The notes under the pieces are model-generated. The model made no database searches. It was given only the letters and a program-made list of their open reading frames with translations, and had not been told where the DNA came from. Both the position numbers and the translations under genes were made by a program. A stretch of 64,000 nucleotides of DNA from Eledone cirrhosa (lineage: Eukaryota): positions 46,686,001 through 46,750,000 of the forward strand of contig OZ024752.1 of the NCBI GenBank assembly GCA_964016885.1. Reading direction: 5' to 3'. This document shows, one piece after another, positions 1-25,600 of this stretch (the stretch's first letter is position 1; each line of letters begins with the position of its first letter).

Positions 1-521
1 TATTATAGTTGCATTTATCTTGCTTTATGTTCATACGAGTTATCACCAAGTCACAACCAGTGACCCCCCAAGAGACAATAAGGTCCGCCATGTTCAAGAA
101 AGAACATACATACTCACACATGCATCTTTAGGTGTTTAGACTTGTGATGTACTTATATTGACAGAATCTTCCTTAGTATATGGACAGTTCCCATTAGTAC
201 TATCTTTTGTATTTCTCCTATACACGGGTTTCCTGGCATTTGTGATAAGTAATCATTTATTATTGTTGTTATTATTATTACTGGGAGAGGGCACTTGCCC
301 TGGTGGTCAGGGTCACTGTGGCCTTTTAATGGGCTTTCTCCACAAATGTCCCTCGGAAGTCTTCCCCCCCCCCCCCCTATTGGGGAATTTTTCATTATTT
401 TTTATTACATCCTCTGTTTTTTTTTTTTTACACGCAGAAATGCCCATTTGTACCGTCCTGTATTGTCCTGTACTGTCCTTTATGTCTACTTTATGTAAAC
501 CCTTGTGGTTAATAAAGAAAG

Positions 522-564
<43 letters not shown>

Positions 565-583
565 TTCTTTGTCTGTTCCACAG

Positions 584-12449
<11,866 letters not shown>

Positions 12450-13594
12450 ACCTGACGAGAGGATGATGAGGGCAAAAATGATATGGGAAAGGGAATGGGG
12501 ATGAAATGAAAAAGAAAGTATGTGAAAAACTTAACACAAACAAACAAAAAAATATGCAAATGTGTTCTTATTTATATGAGCAATTATCAAAACACTAAAA
12601 TGACAATGGTGACGAGAAATGACATAATTTATACATACATCTATTAGCTGAATATAATATACATTTTCTTTAATGAGTATCTATATATATATGTGTGTGT
12701 ATATAATAATATAATATATGTATGTATGTGCGTGTATATATGATTTTGTATAAGGAACATCTATGACTGAATGCTTATTTAAATGTGTGTGTATATATAT
12801 ATATATAAATATATATATATATTTATAATTCATGCATGTAAATTTGTGTGTATATATGTATATGTATGTTTGTGTATATATATATATGATAGATGTATGT
12901 GTGTATATATATATATATATATATGATAGATGTATGTGTGTATATATATATATATATGATAGATGTATGTATGTATATATGTATATATATGTATATATAT
13001 ATGTACATATATATGTGTGTATGCATATATATATATATATATATATTTGTATATATATATATATATATATGTGCGTGTATGTATATATGTATGTTTATGT
13101 ATATATATGTATATATATATGTATGTTTATGTGTATATATATATATGTGTGTATATGTTTATATATATATATATATAGTTTTCTCTGATAAATCTACACC
13201 CTTTATTTCTGTATATACATCCATTGAGGAAACTGTGTTATTAATTCTATTAATTTATTATATTATATCAATATCAACATCTAACCCTTTCATTGCCATA
13301 TTTCTAATGAAAGACACTGCCTAAAAATATAAAATTTAGATGGCATATGGCTCAATGGTTAGTGTTGGTCTGACAATCGTAAACGTCATGATTTATGGGC
13401 TAGGTGGCGTATTGTGATTCATGTTGACCAAGTCCACTCAACTGCGACAACACTCGTGCCGAGCTGTAGCAGTTTTACATTTCCCTTGGACATACCAGTG
13501 GCGTGGAAAAGGGAAACTAGTGTGCCTGGGTAACTTCAAATTCTCGTGGAAGACTTTAATATAATAAAGTATGAACACTTTAAATGAGGCAGAT

Positions 13595-13975
13595 TTATAT
13601 CAGAGAACTAGGGGCTGGTTTCTGGTGGGTTTATATCATAGAACTAGGGGCTGGTTTCTGGTGGGTTTATATTATAGAACTAGGGCTGGTTTCTGGTGGG
13701 TTTATATTATAGAACTAGGGCTGGTTTCTGGTGGGTTTATACCATAGAACTAGGGGCTGCTTTCTGGTGGGTTTTTATTATAGAACTAGGGCTGCTTTCT
13801 GGTGGGTTTATACCCTAAAACTAGGGCTGGTTTCTGGTGGGTTTATATTATAGAACTAGGGGCTGGTTTCTGGTGGGTTTTTATCAGAGAACTAGGGCTG
13901 GTTTCTTGCGGGTTTATATTATAGACCTAGGGCTGGTTTCTGGTGGGTTTATATTAGAGAACTAGGGGCTGATTT
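13595..13975. repeat. 33-34 bp minisatellite (AGAACTAGGGCTGGTTTCTGGTGGGTTTATATTAT)
   Basis: About 11 tandem copies. Confidence 0.88.
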
Positions 13976-14264
13976 CAGGAAGGTTGGAATCAAATGGGTT
14001 AAGTGGCAATATTTATATTCCAACAATTATTGTTACTAAAAACAGGTCAAAGGTGAAAATCCTTTCATCTCTAACATAGTTTTCTTTTTTCTTTATCTTT
14101 CACATCTTCAAAATTAATTAACTACACGCTCACATGCACACACACACACACACACATGATCACACACACACACACACACACACATGATCACACATACACA
14201 TAAGAGTGAGTGTTTAAAATACTGTTATATTAACTGAATGAGTACTCAATATATGCAAGCAGAG

Positions 14265-14298
<34 letters not shown>

Positions 14299-14414
14299 TG
14301 GAGAAAAAAGTGGCAGTGACCTCGAAATGTTAGCTTAGTTGCTTCAACTGGCAGCTAGATGAAATAACTAAGCTGACACTTCGAAGTTACTGCCACTTTT
14401 CTCTTCAGAAAATG

Positions 14415-14461
<47 letters not shown>

Positions 14462-14879
14462 ATAACAAGGTATAGTTTAAGGTAATCCAGCTGGAGACCA
14501 TTGTACAGCTGACCGTGTTATTCTTCATCCTTTTGCTATATATTTCTGTGTGTGAAGAGTCATTTTTTCCCATTTATTAGTTCCTAGAGACATGTTCTTC
14601 AATGGTTAAATAATACCAATGCCATCTAATTCTATAACCCCATCATTCCACCATTATTTTATTCAGTCACACTATTATTTCATCATCATCATCTACCATT
14701 GTATTATTTCTCATACTGTCATACCACAATTTAATCACTGTATACCAGCGGTTGCCAGCCAATGGCCCACAGACCTCTGGTGGTCTGAGAGAAAATTTTG
14801 GGGGTCCACAGAAAAATGTTAATGTATTTATCTTTTTAAAAAAATTCATATTGGTGGTCCGTGGGATTTAGAATTATGA

Positions 14880-15245
14880 ATTATGAGTTTAGAGAGAAAC
14901 TGTGTATAAGAGGGATAAGTTGTGGTGTGCAGGAGAGAAAACTGAGATGGTATGGACATGTGATGCGCATGGAGGATGACCGCTGGGTAAAGAAGTGCCA
15001 AGAAATGTCAGTTGAAGGAAGACGCAGTAGAGGAAGACCACAAAAATCTTGGGCGGAGGTGGAGAGAGCTGACCTCAGATCGATGAAGCTGGCGGAGGTG
15101 GTGAGAGCAGACCTCAGATCGATGAAGCTCACGGAGGAGATGACTAATGACCGTGACAGGTGGAGAGATGCTGTGCTGAATAGGACCCGTCCCACCCTTG
15201 CAAGCAGGGAAAAGCAGATGTAAAATGATGATGATGATGATGATG
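14880..15245 (+). mobile_element. RTE-clade LINE 3' fragment
   Basis: QERKLRWYGHVMRM...GRRSRGRPQKSW followed by an (ATG)n tail. Related copies at 7375-7655(-), 21060-21320(-), 30620-30795(-), 33725-33872(-). Confidence 0.75.
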
Positions 15246-16059
15246 AATTTAGTGGTCCATGAGGTCCAAAAGGTGGGCGACTGCTGCTCTACACCACACC
15301 ATTCTACCATTCTGCCATTCCACCATTCCAATCAACCTAGCATTCTTCTATTCAACCATTCGAAACATTTTGTCAGTTCATTTGCAAATTATTGTAGCAA
15401 AAAAAATCTCTCAAAGAAGGAAGAAATATTCTACTTCCTATCTGCAGTCTTTTTAAAAGAATTTTTTCATTTTGATGTTGTTGTTATTATTGTTAATGTT
15501 TATTTGACAAATCGATACCTTATGCAGACACCTGTTTCCTTTCTTATGCAGACACCTGTTTCCTTTCTTATGCAGACACCTGTTTCCTTTTCTTTAATGG
15601 TTTTTATTTATATATTTATTTCTGGTTCTGGCAATTTTTGGTACTGATGTCCAAGATAATGCGGTTGGTGTTTATAAAATTAGTTACAGAAAACGGTTTT
15701 TATATCCAACTTATTATTAGGAGACTGGATTGACAGAATCGGTAGAGTGTCGGACAACAGGCTTTGCAGCATAGAGTTACAGCTCCTTCCTCTTTCTTTC
15801 ACATACACACACACACACACTCTCTCTAAACAAATGACGTTCATTTTCTCTCTCTATCTCTATATAGATGAGGGCAACGTCATAACTTTCTATCCATCTA
15901 CCTCTTTCTGTCAACTCGAAAACACACGGTGTTCTCTTTTCTCTCTCTTTCTATATACATATCTCTCGCTTGGCACTCCCCCTCTCTATATAAAGTGAGC
16001 ATGATGGACAGACAGACAGACAGTGCTCTTATTATTATATAGATTGTTATTATTATTAG

Positions 16060-16250
16060 GGAGGTGGATTGGCAGTATCGGTAGAGGGTCGGAAGCCATG
16101 TTTTGCAGCATAGAGTTACGGCCCTTTATGATCTGAGTCCAAATCTCGCCAAGGTTTACTTTGCCTTTCATCCTTACGGGGTCGATAAAATAAAGTACCA
16201 GTAATGCACTGGGGTAATTGCTGGCCTTGTGCCAAAAGTAGAAACAATTA
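16060..16250 (+). mobile_element. tRNA-derived SINE family A (MetaSINE-like core)
   Basis: A-box TGGCAGTATCGG, B-box GAGTTCAAATCC (here GAGTCCAAATCT), core GCCTTTCATCCTTACGGGGTCGATAAAATAAAGTACCAG. Other copies at 2130-2325(-), 17765-17930, 19968-20155, 21380-21570(-), 23684-23880(-), 26580-26762(-), 27430-27918(-, several), 36520-36710, 46607-46770(-). Confidence 0.8.
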
Positions 16251-16339
16251 TTACTATTATTATTGCTATCATTATCATTGTTGTTATTATTGTTGTTGTT
16301 ATTGCGGGGTTTATATTGTTTTGAGAAAACCAGTGCAAT

Positions 16340-16720
16340 GAGTGAGGACATAGGCGCTGAGCTGGGCAGCCCTAGCAGTGGAGACTTCTGGTGTCCTTGG
16401 CCCTAGGACTACCTCCCTACTTACCACCATAGGTGCTGAGCTGGGCAGCCCTAGCAGTGGAGACTTCTGGTGTCCTTGGCCCTAGGACTACCTCCCTACT
16501 TACCACAATAGGCGCTGAGCTGAGCAGCCCTAGCAGTGGAGACATCTGGTGTCCTTGGCCCTAGGACTACCTCCCTACTTACCACCATAGGTGCTGAGCT
16601 GGCCAGCCGCAGGTGTGAGCCTCGTGAGTTGGTATGGCTCTTCCAGCTCATCTCCCTTACCATCCTCCGGGGAAACGCCTTCTCCATTCTGTCCAATGGG
16701 ACCGTGGGGTGGCCAGTATG
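16340..16720 (+). mobile_element. CRE-like non-LTR retrotransposon C-terminal fragment with an internal ~79-bp triplication
   Basis: ETSGVLGP...EPRELVWLFQLISLTILRGNAFSI. Related remnants at 23890-23980 and 52780-52920(-); a possible further part at 20170-20890. Confidence 0.55.
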
Positions 16721-18339
16721 TGGGACCCCATTTGCTCATAATACAGAGAGATGGGGAGGGCGAGAGAGATTGAGGCAAAGACAGTGGGAGTTCAGCTCTT
16801 CTGTGTTCGGACCTGGTGTACGTGTGAGAGATGGGGAGGGCGAGAGAGATTGAGGCAAAGACAGTGGGAGTTCAGCTCTTCCGTGTTCGGGCCTGGTGTA
16901 CATGAGACATTGAGGCGATGTCAGAGGGTGTTCAGACCTGGTTTGCAGCATCAGTTGCCCATAAGGCGGTAGTGATTCAAGAAAAACGTATAAAAGTTAT
17001 TTCCCTTGATTTCATAAATATAATATGTTTGCTACTAGTACACAAAACAACTACCACCTCAAACACTAATAATTATTTCCCCTTACTTTGAAATTCTTCT
17101 GAGTTAGGAATACTTTGTTCAAAAGTGAAAAGAGGTCGTGGGATAATCTATGCCAGAGTCGTAACCTTGAAATATGAAGTAAAATTGTAAACTATTGTTT
17201 AGTTTGTCTCTCATTCTAGTTTTCACTCCTCTATTTCTAACTGACATTGTATCATCTTACTCAAAACAATCCTAACCACACCACTACACATTAACTAAAC
17301 TGCTTTATTATCATTCTTATTATATGTGTGTGTGTGTGTGTGTATGAGTACTCAATACCGAAGTAGAGTTTAAATATTCATTTATTATTGCTAAGAAGTG
17401 AGTCTTGTTACTCTGGAGTTTGCACAGGTGAAACTCCAAAGTAACAAGACTCACTTCTAAGTGTGTGTGTGTATTTTGCACTGCCCCCATCGCTCCACTG
17501 TTTATTTATATGTACATTCCACCCACATGTTTTGTAATCTTCCATTTTTTACGACATGTATTGCATGTATGAGACCTTGTGATCAATAAAGACAGGATTA
17601 TCATAATTATTTCAGTTTATTTCTTACAACGTTCTTGCCTCTAGACCGTCATTTTTATATAACTTCGTCTGTCCGGCCCTACATGTATTAATATAACCCC
17701 TATGTTTATGATGTTTACTGTATTCTACATACAAGCCCTTGGGTCTAATAATGATATCATTATCATGGATGCCATGCTTTACAGCATAGAGTTACGGCTC
17801 TTTACAGTTTGAGTTCAAATCCCGCCGAGGTTAACTTTGCCTTTCATCCTTACGGGGTCGATAAAATAAAGTACCAGTAATACACTAGGATAATTGCTGG
17901 CCTTGTGCCAAAAGTAAAAACAATTATTATTATTATCATCATCATCATTAGCAAAATCGTTGAAGCATCAGACAAAATTGTTACCGGTTTCCGCCGAGAA
18001 CTCTATTGTCTTTCGTCCCCACACTGCTAACTTCCTCCGTAGAACCGGGAAGACGGCGTCCCCTTGTATGAAGGAGCCCTGTAGGGTGGGGTGGCTGTTG
18101 CAGCAGCGGGTGTCTCTGCCATTTTGTCCACGGCACTGACTGGAACCTTGTTTCTGTAGCCCTCTTCTCTCTTTCTTTCGTTGCTTAATTCCTTTTTCTT
18201 TTTCCTTTTGTTTGTTTGTTTGTTTGTTTGCTCCCTTTAATAGTGTGTTTTGGTTTTGTATAAACAGCTTAGTTACAATTGTGTATGATTGATATATGTA
18301 TATGCAACATAAATATTAATATACTAAATTATAGCTCAA

Positions 18340-18573
18340 AAGTGACACAGAGGAGACTGAGGTTAATGCTCACCGACATTGCACTCGGTGCTCCTGTGGG
18401 AGCCCCTACATGGACACACTGGAAGAGGAAGACCAAGGTTAACGTATGTTGATGCCCTAAAGACAGACACTGGTCTGTTGGAGACGCAGGATATGGCAGC
18501 GATAACGAGGGACAGAGACCGCTGGAGAGAACTCGTCCATGGATCTCGGTGGATTTTAACCCGCCCTAGATAG
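18340..18573 (+). mobile_element. RTE-like LINE 3' fragment
   Basis: LLWEPLHGHTGRGRPRLTYVD...DRDRWR, a typical RTE C-terminus. Confidence 0.65.
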
Positions 18574-18610
18574 CTAAATTTCTATAGTTTATTATTGAAT
18601 ACCGGCACCG

Positions 18611-18688
18611 GTCATGACGTCACCAGCCATGACGTCACATGTGTAATACTAAAGTAGCCACAATAACAAACTACACATGGTTGCGCAA
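18611..18688 (+). promoter_or_regulatory. ANKRD16 proximal promoter/5' region with two CRE palindromes and a C/EBP palindrome
   Basis: TGACGTCA at 18615-18622 and 18630-18637, and TTGCGCAA at 18681-18688, directly upstream of the ATG. Confidence 0.5.
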
Positions 18689-18689
18689 A

Positions 18690-19556
18690 ATGCTTTCACC
18701 AAATAATGATATTTACTTTCAACGTTTTGTACAGGCAGCCCAAAAGGGGAATTTACAATATTTTCTAGACAATATTGAACATTTTCAGGAAACTTGGTTA
18801 CTCAGGAAATGTAATACGGCAGGAGACAATATAATACATATAGTTGCTCGGTTCGGCCATCTAAATATTCTCAAGTTAGTCAGTGAAAATATTCTGTTTT
18901 GCCACCCGGAATGGACTTTAAATACTAAAATTGTGTTCGAATCTATCAACAACGACCGTAAAACACCGTTACACGAAGCTTCTCAGTCGAACCAACTAGA
19001 ATGTGTACAATTCCTACTTAGTTTATCTATTAATGTGGAAAGTATGAAAAAAGGAGATTGGTAAGTTTAAGGTTCCAATGAAATTCTTCCCCCTTTTTTT
19101 TTTTTAACGTGTTGCTATTTCCATTAAAAAATGTTATAATGTAAAATTTACACGCACACACACACACACACACACTATTTAAATTGTTGGGATACAACAA
19201 GCAAATATTTTTATAACTGGTATAAAGCACTCGACAAGTATTTGGAGTGAATATACGATATTAAACAAATGGAAACTATATTTATAAAACCATATCTATT
19301 TTATTATACATATTTCAAGGATACCATGTTAAATTATGGTGTGCTTTCATCAGACAAAATACAATATATACCAGTTTTATAAATAGATATTTACATACGG
19401 TTGCATTTTGAAAGGGTACGTCAATATTTATTTATAAAACTGGTATATATTGTATTTTGTCTGATGAAAGCATACCATAATTTAACACGGTATCCTTGAA
19501 ATATGTATAATAAAATAGATATGGTTTTATAAATATAGTTTCCATTTGTTAATATC

Positions 19557-19600
<44 letters not shown>

Positions 19601-22600
19601 TAACATAACAGATTAAAGTTTAAGCAAAGAATCGCTGCTTTCACCCTTAACGGTTTAGAGTCTTCCGGGGTTATCTTTGCCTTTAATCCTTACGGGGTCG
19701 ATAAAATAAAGTACCAGTAATGCACTGGGATAATTGCTGGCCTTGTGCCTAAAGTAGAAACAATTATATATACATATAACTTCTTTGCTCTTGCTCAACG
19801 AGGATGGAGGTCATCCTAAGACAGCGGCCCCAAAGCCTCGTCATGCGGAGAGCCGATATATATATATATATAGAGAGAGAGGGAGAGATTCCCGAGTTGT
19901 GTCGGGGGGTAACCGCAGTTAAAAAAATGTCAATACATTGGTAGAGTATAAGAATCTTCATTATATATCGGTGGATTGGCAGTATCGGTAGAGGGTCAGA
20001 CGCCATGCTTTGCAGCATAGAGTTACGGCCCTTTGTGGTCTGAGTTCAAATCCCGCCGAGGTTAACTTTGCCTTTCATCCTTACGAGGTCGATAAAATAA
20101 AGTACCAGTAATGTACTGGGTAATTGCAGGCCTTGTGCTAAAAGTAGAAACAATTATATATATAGAAATGATTTGTATAGGACTGTCAAACTTTCTGTTA
20201 AGGGTTTTGCCGCTGCTCTCCGGAGTTTGTTTAAGTTGAAGCTCATCAACCGGATCCCTAAGGGAACTCGGACTTGTTTCGTCCGAGGTCTCCCCAAGCT
20301 GCTGAAGAGCGTCTGCCTATCCAAGATCACCTCAAATTGGCAGAAACTGTTATTCCCCTATAGTTTCTCTGCATGTGACTAATGCAAAAACCAGATCCCT
20401 CTCTTATTCCCTAAGACGGCAGTTCGAGCTGTTTGTGTCCATCATGGACGACCACCGAACTTAAAGGGGCTGTTTGCTTCTTCCAGCTGCCCTCCCTCCC
20501 CCAGTGCACTACAGATTCCCTCATTCGACTGAGGGAGAAACATCCTCCGGTCCTTCCAGATGACCACTTACTCTGGCCCGACCCACCAGGCTATTTACAA
20601 CCTGTCTTCACCTCAGACAACATCAGGAAAACCGATTGTATCCTTTCCTGCGGGTTCTGGCGCAAGGATTGATGGTCTACGACCTCAGCACCTCTAAAAT
20701 GTTATCTTCCTGTCGTCCGGTGATGCCGGCCTTCAGCTCTTGGAAAACCTAATCCCGTTTGTTAACGTCTCATTCGAGAGTATTCTTCCTTACATTCACC
20801 TTCTGTTCTTTGGGACTAAACTGTTTGGTCTCACAAAGCTCAATGGGGACCTCCGTCCCGTGGGTGTACTCTGCGACAGCCCACAGCGAAAGTGTATGCA
20901 TGTATGTATGTATGTATATATATACATATATGTACTTGGGTTATGCCCTCAATCTATTGCTTTTCGCCCATGTAAATAGTTGCAAAAAAAAAAAAAACTG
21001 GGGGTAGGGGTACAAACGAAGAGTAAGGGGAGATAACGTTGGTCTTTTATTGTTTTTTTTTTAAAGATTATCTCAACCTTCACCTTGTCATTCCAAAGTT
21101 TCCTAGGTTTTTCTCTCTTATAGCTTCTCGTGAATTCAAACTCCTTGCATTTCTTTAAGCAGCTGTCATCCTCCATACACATCATATGTCCACACCATCG
21201 AAGTTTCTTCTCCTACACACTGCATTTCATCCCTCTCATGCCCAGTTTCTCTCTCAAACTCACTAATGCTTCAACATTCACTGCAATTACACATCCTCCA
21301 GAGTATTTACACCTAATTTCTTTCCAATCTTTATATATGTATGTATGTGTGTGTGTGTGTGCGTCTTCATCATCATTTAATTGTTTCTACTTTTGGCACA
21401 AGGCCAGCAATTATCCCAGTGTATTACTAGTACTTTATCTTATCGGCCCCCGTAAGGGTGAAAGGCAAAGTTAACCTCGGCAGGATTTGAACTCAGACCA
21501 TAAAGGGACGTAACTCTTTGCTGCAAAGCATGACGTCCGACCCTCTGCCGGTTCTGCCAATCCACCGCCCTTCGTCATCATTTAATGTTCGCATTCCCTA
21601 CTAGCAAGGGTTAGATGGGTCTTCACAAACCAAATCAGTGATTAATCAGAGCCACTGAGCTCTCAGATGGACCGGAGACCTACATCTTTCTTACAGGTGT
21701 TACCACATTCTGAGTGTACTGCTTGTATTTTAACAGAACACTGTCACTAAAGAGACTGCCATGTTTTTGACACAGCTGAACCCTTGGCTTGAGAAGTTTT
21801 CTGTGGCCCTTCCTTTCACCAACCACTTTATGTATGTTTCATTTTTGACAAGATTTTTCTATGACTTGCTGCTCCTCCTAATATCAACCACTTTACAGAG
21901 TGTACTGGGTGTATTTTATCGTGGCACCAGCACTGCCACTTTATAGAATGTATTGGGTGTACTTTATTGCATAAATGTAACTAAAACCTCAATTATTTTC
22001 AAAATTAATAGATATATATATTTTGTTAGCAATATGGTCATGAAGAAGTTAACATCATAGCAATATGAAATAAGTCAGAGTAGCAAATAAAGAGAAAACA
22101 TATTTATTTAACTTAATAAATCAGAAGAACTATATTCTAATACAACTTTAAATAGAAATCTTTTGATAGTCTTTTTTTGTCTTCAACTGAATTTTTACAA
22201 TGAGATTTTCCGAAAATCTTATACTCTTTTAGCTCGGCAACTAGCTGATACATCCTTAACAGTCATTGTCTGCAAAAGAAACAAGAAAAGACATCAATAA
22301 GACATCAATATCTTCAGAACATTGACTAAAAGAAAAGGAATTGATTTGGGTTTTTTTTTTTTTTTGTTAATACTACCTGGCAGGTGGAGGCACCAAGATT
22401 TGAACACAGAACACGCAGAGCTGGGACAGATACCACAATGCCTCCCATCTGACTCTTTAATTTAACAGTTACACTAATCAACTGCGCTTGGACTAATATT
22501 TCATTTATCGACCTCAGCAGAATTTGAACTGTGAGGACTCACTTTTCCTATTCCTCTCATCCCAAATATAACCATTTTAACTTTCAGTTTGGTAAGCTGA

Positions 22601-25600
22601 CAAACCTGGCTTTTGACACTTAAAAAAATTATTAAGCCTCCATTTTCCACTATACAGTCCACATTCATCTATGCCAAATCATGCGACAGACGATAACAGT
22701 ATACTACCCTTTCCACTGCTTTGGATATTTGCCCAACGCTGTTACACAGTAAAGATGTTTGGCAATGCATTTATTGATTGCAGGAAACAATTATATATTT
22801 AATTTACTTATACAGGAAAAATTCCCTCATAACAAATACCATTATAACAAAATGTTTTTCCATCCCCGGCCACACAATGTGTTAGGGCGATCTCGTTATA
22901 AAGAACTTTTCGTTACAGCTAATTTTTTTATACCCTGTGAATTTCATTATAGCGGAATTTCACTGTATACAAATTTGTATAAAACCATAATCCTTTAGTA
23001 ATGCTGTTCTCTCAGGTCTCTGCCCCGGCTGTAATGGTGCTGGCCCTCTAAATAAACTAATCTGGCCGAGTTTACACTCATAAATAAGAACCAGGGCCAC
23101 CCCTAGGAGCATTGGATTTGGTCTACTTCGTATGTGTTTCAGTTGCTGAATACAATCAGGGGTCACTGCTTCTCCTGAAGGTCAATAGTTCTCTTCTGAC
23201 TTGAGCGGGAGCACCTTTCCATTATTAATTTGTATTGATCATCTGTAAAGCTGCATTGTTCTCAGAACCATTACAACAGTCTTTTGATGTGCAGCTGGAA
23301 CTACTGCCACCATTGATTTGGCAGGAACGCAACTCATTTCTACAGCTGAGTAAACTGGAGCAACGTGAAATAAAGTGTCTTGCTCAAGGACACAACACAT
23401 CACCCGGTCGGTCTAAGAATTGAACTCACAACCTTTCGATTGCAAGCCCAATGCACCTACACTCTAAATAATTAAATTATAAATTAGACTGTCCTCCCAA
23501 AAAAAATCATATTTACCATTTTTAAAATGTCTCCCTCAATCTCTCTGGTAATTATAATTTCAGATTCTGACCATTCGCTATAGGATTCTTTCATTTTATT
23601 TGGGTTTTCTACATTAATGATGGCCTGAAAAATGAAAAAAAAAACATTAAAACATCACCAATTACTTTCTCTCTTATAAATAATAATTGTTTCTACTTTA
23701 GGCACAAGGCCAGCAATTTGAAGGGGAGGGGAAAGTCGATTAAATCGACCCCAGTACATTACTGGTACTTTATTTTATCGACCCCGTAAGGATTAAAGGC
23801 AAAGCTAGCCTCGGCGAGATTTGAACTCAGAACGTAAAGGGCCATAACTCTCTGTCGTGAAGCAGGATGTCCGATGCTCACCACCATCAGCTTCTGGTGT
23901 CCTTGGCCTTAAGACCATCATCGGCACAGAGTTGGCTACTCGTAGGTGCGAGCCTCCCGAGCTGGAATGTCTCTCTTACAACATGTCTCCCTCACCAAGT
24001 CATTGGACAATGCAAGACTTTAGTAGCAGGCACTTGTCTAAGGTGACATGCTGTAGGGTTAACCCTTTAGCATTTAAAGAAGCCGTCTCCGGCCAGAATT
24101 CTCTCACCTCTTTCTGTTCAAACCGGCTTTAACTAGCCACTCATATTGATGTTAAGGTATTGTTCTCAAAATATTTAACCTCAAAATCTCATAGATTCGA
24201 TATTATGTGAGGTAAAGCCTTTACCATGAAAATACAATAGTATATATAGAGTAATGTAAATGTTATGTGAGGTAAAGCCTTTACTGTGAAAATACAATAG
24301 TATATATAGAGTAATGTAAATGTTATGTGAGATATTATGTGAGGTAAAGCCTTTACCATGAAAATACAATAGTATATATAGAGTAATGTAAATGTTATGT
24401 GAGGTAAAGCCTTTACTGTGAAAATACAATAGTATATATAGAGTAATGTAAATGTTATGTGAGGTATTATGTGAGATAAAGCCTTTACCATGAAAATACA
24501 ATAGTATATATAGAGTAATGTAAATGTTATGTGAGATATTATGTGAGGTAAAGCCTTTACTGTGAAAATATAATAGTATATATAGAGTAATGTAAATGTT
24601 ATGTGAGATATTATGTGAGGTAAAGCCTTTACTGTGAAAATACAATAGTATATATAGAGTAATGTAAATGTTATGTGAGATATTATGTGAGGTAAAGCCT
24701 TTACTGTGACAATACAATAGTATATATAGAGTAATGTAAATGTTATGTGAGATATTATGTGAGGTAAAGCCTTTACTGTGAAAATACAATAGTATATATA
24801 GAGTAATGTAAATGCTATGTGAGATATTATGTGAGGTAAAGCCTTTACTGTGAAAATACAATAGTATTTATAGAGTAATGTAAATGTTATGTGAGATATT
24901 ATGTGAGGTAAAAGCTTTACCATGAAAATACAATAGTATATATAGAGTAATGTAAATGTTATGTGAGATATTATGTGAGGTAAAGCCTTTACTGTGAAAA
25001 TATAATAGTATATATAGAGTAATGTAAATGTTATGTGAGGTAAAGCCTTTACTGTGAAAATACAATAGTATATATAGAGTAATGTAAATGTTATGTGAGG
25101 TAAAGCCTTTACTGTGAAAATACAATAGTATATATAGAGTAATGTAAATGTTATGTGAGATGTGTGAGGTAAAGCCTTTACTGTGAAAATATAGTAGTAT
25201 ATATAGAGTAATGTAAATGGTAAAGGGTTAAACATAAAACCATGAAACAGCAGGAAAAACTACTTTCCACAGCCAAGGTTCTGTGGAAGAGGACAATTAG
25301 CCAAAATAAACAAATACTAACCTTGAAGTTTTTGCCATGAAGATCTATTGAATCAAATGGAACTCCGATTTTGAAGCAATACTCTTTTACCTTGTCACTA
25401 TTCATATCTGTAAAGATGGATTTATAACCTTCCCCATCTTTTTGATACTCCACTAGAACGCGTGTGCCTTTTATATTTACAGTTTCATCAGAGACGCCTG
25501 TGAGAAATAAAAAAAAAAGGAAAAACATCAATTAGAAATTGTGACATGTAGTCTCGTGTCTCTACATGTTAAAACACATCTGAGGAGCTTCCGATTCCAG

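Noticed and set aside
16060-16150. tRNA genes
   Set aside because: The A/B boxes belong to multi-copy SINE heads; no cloverleaf with an acceptor stem.
24181-25235. 226-348 aa repetitive ORFs
   Set aside because: Translation of a MITE-internal satellite within an FABP intron.
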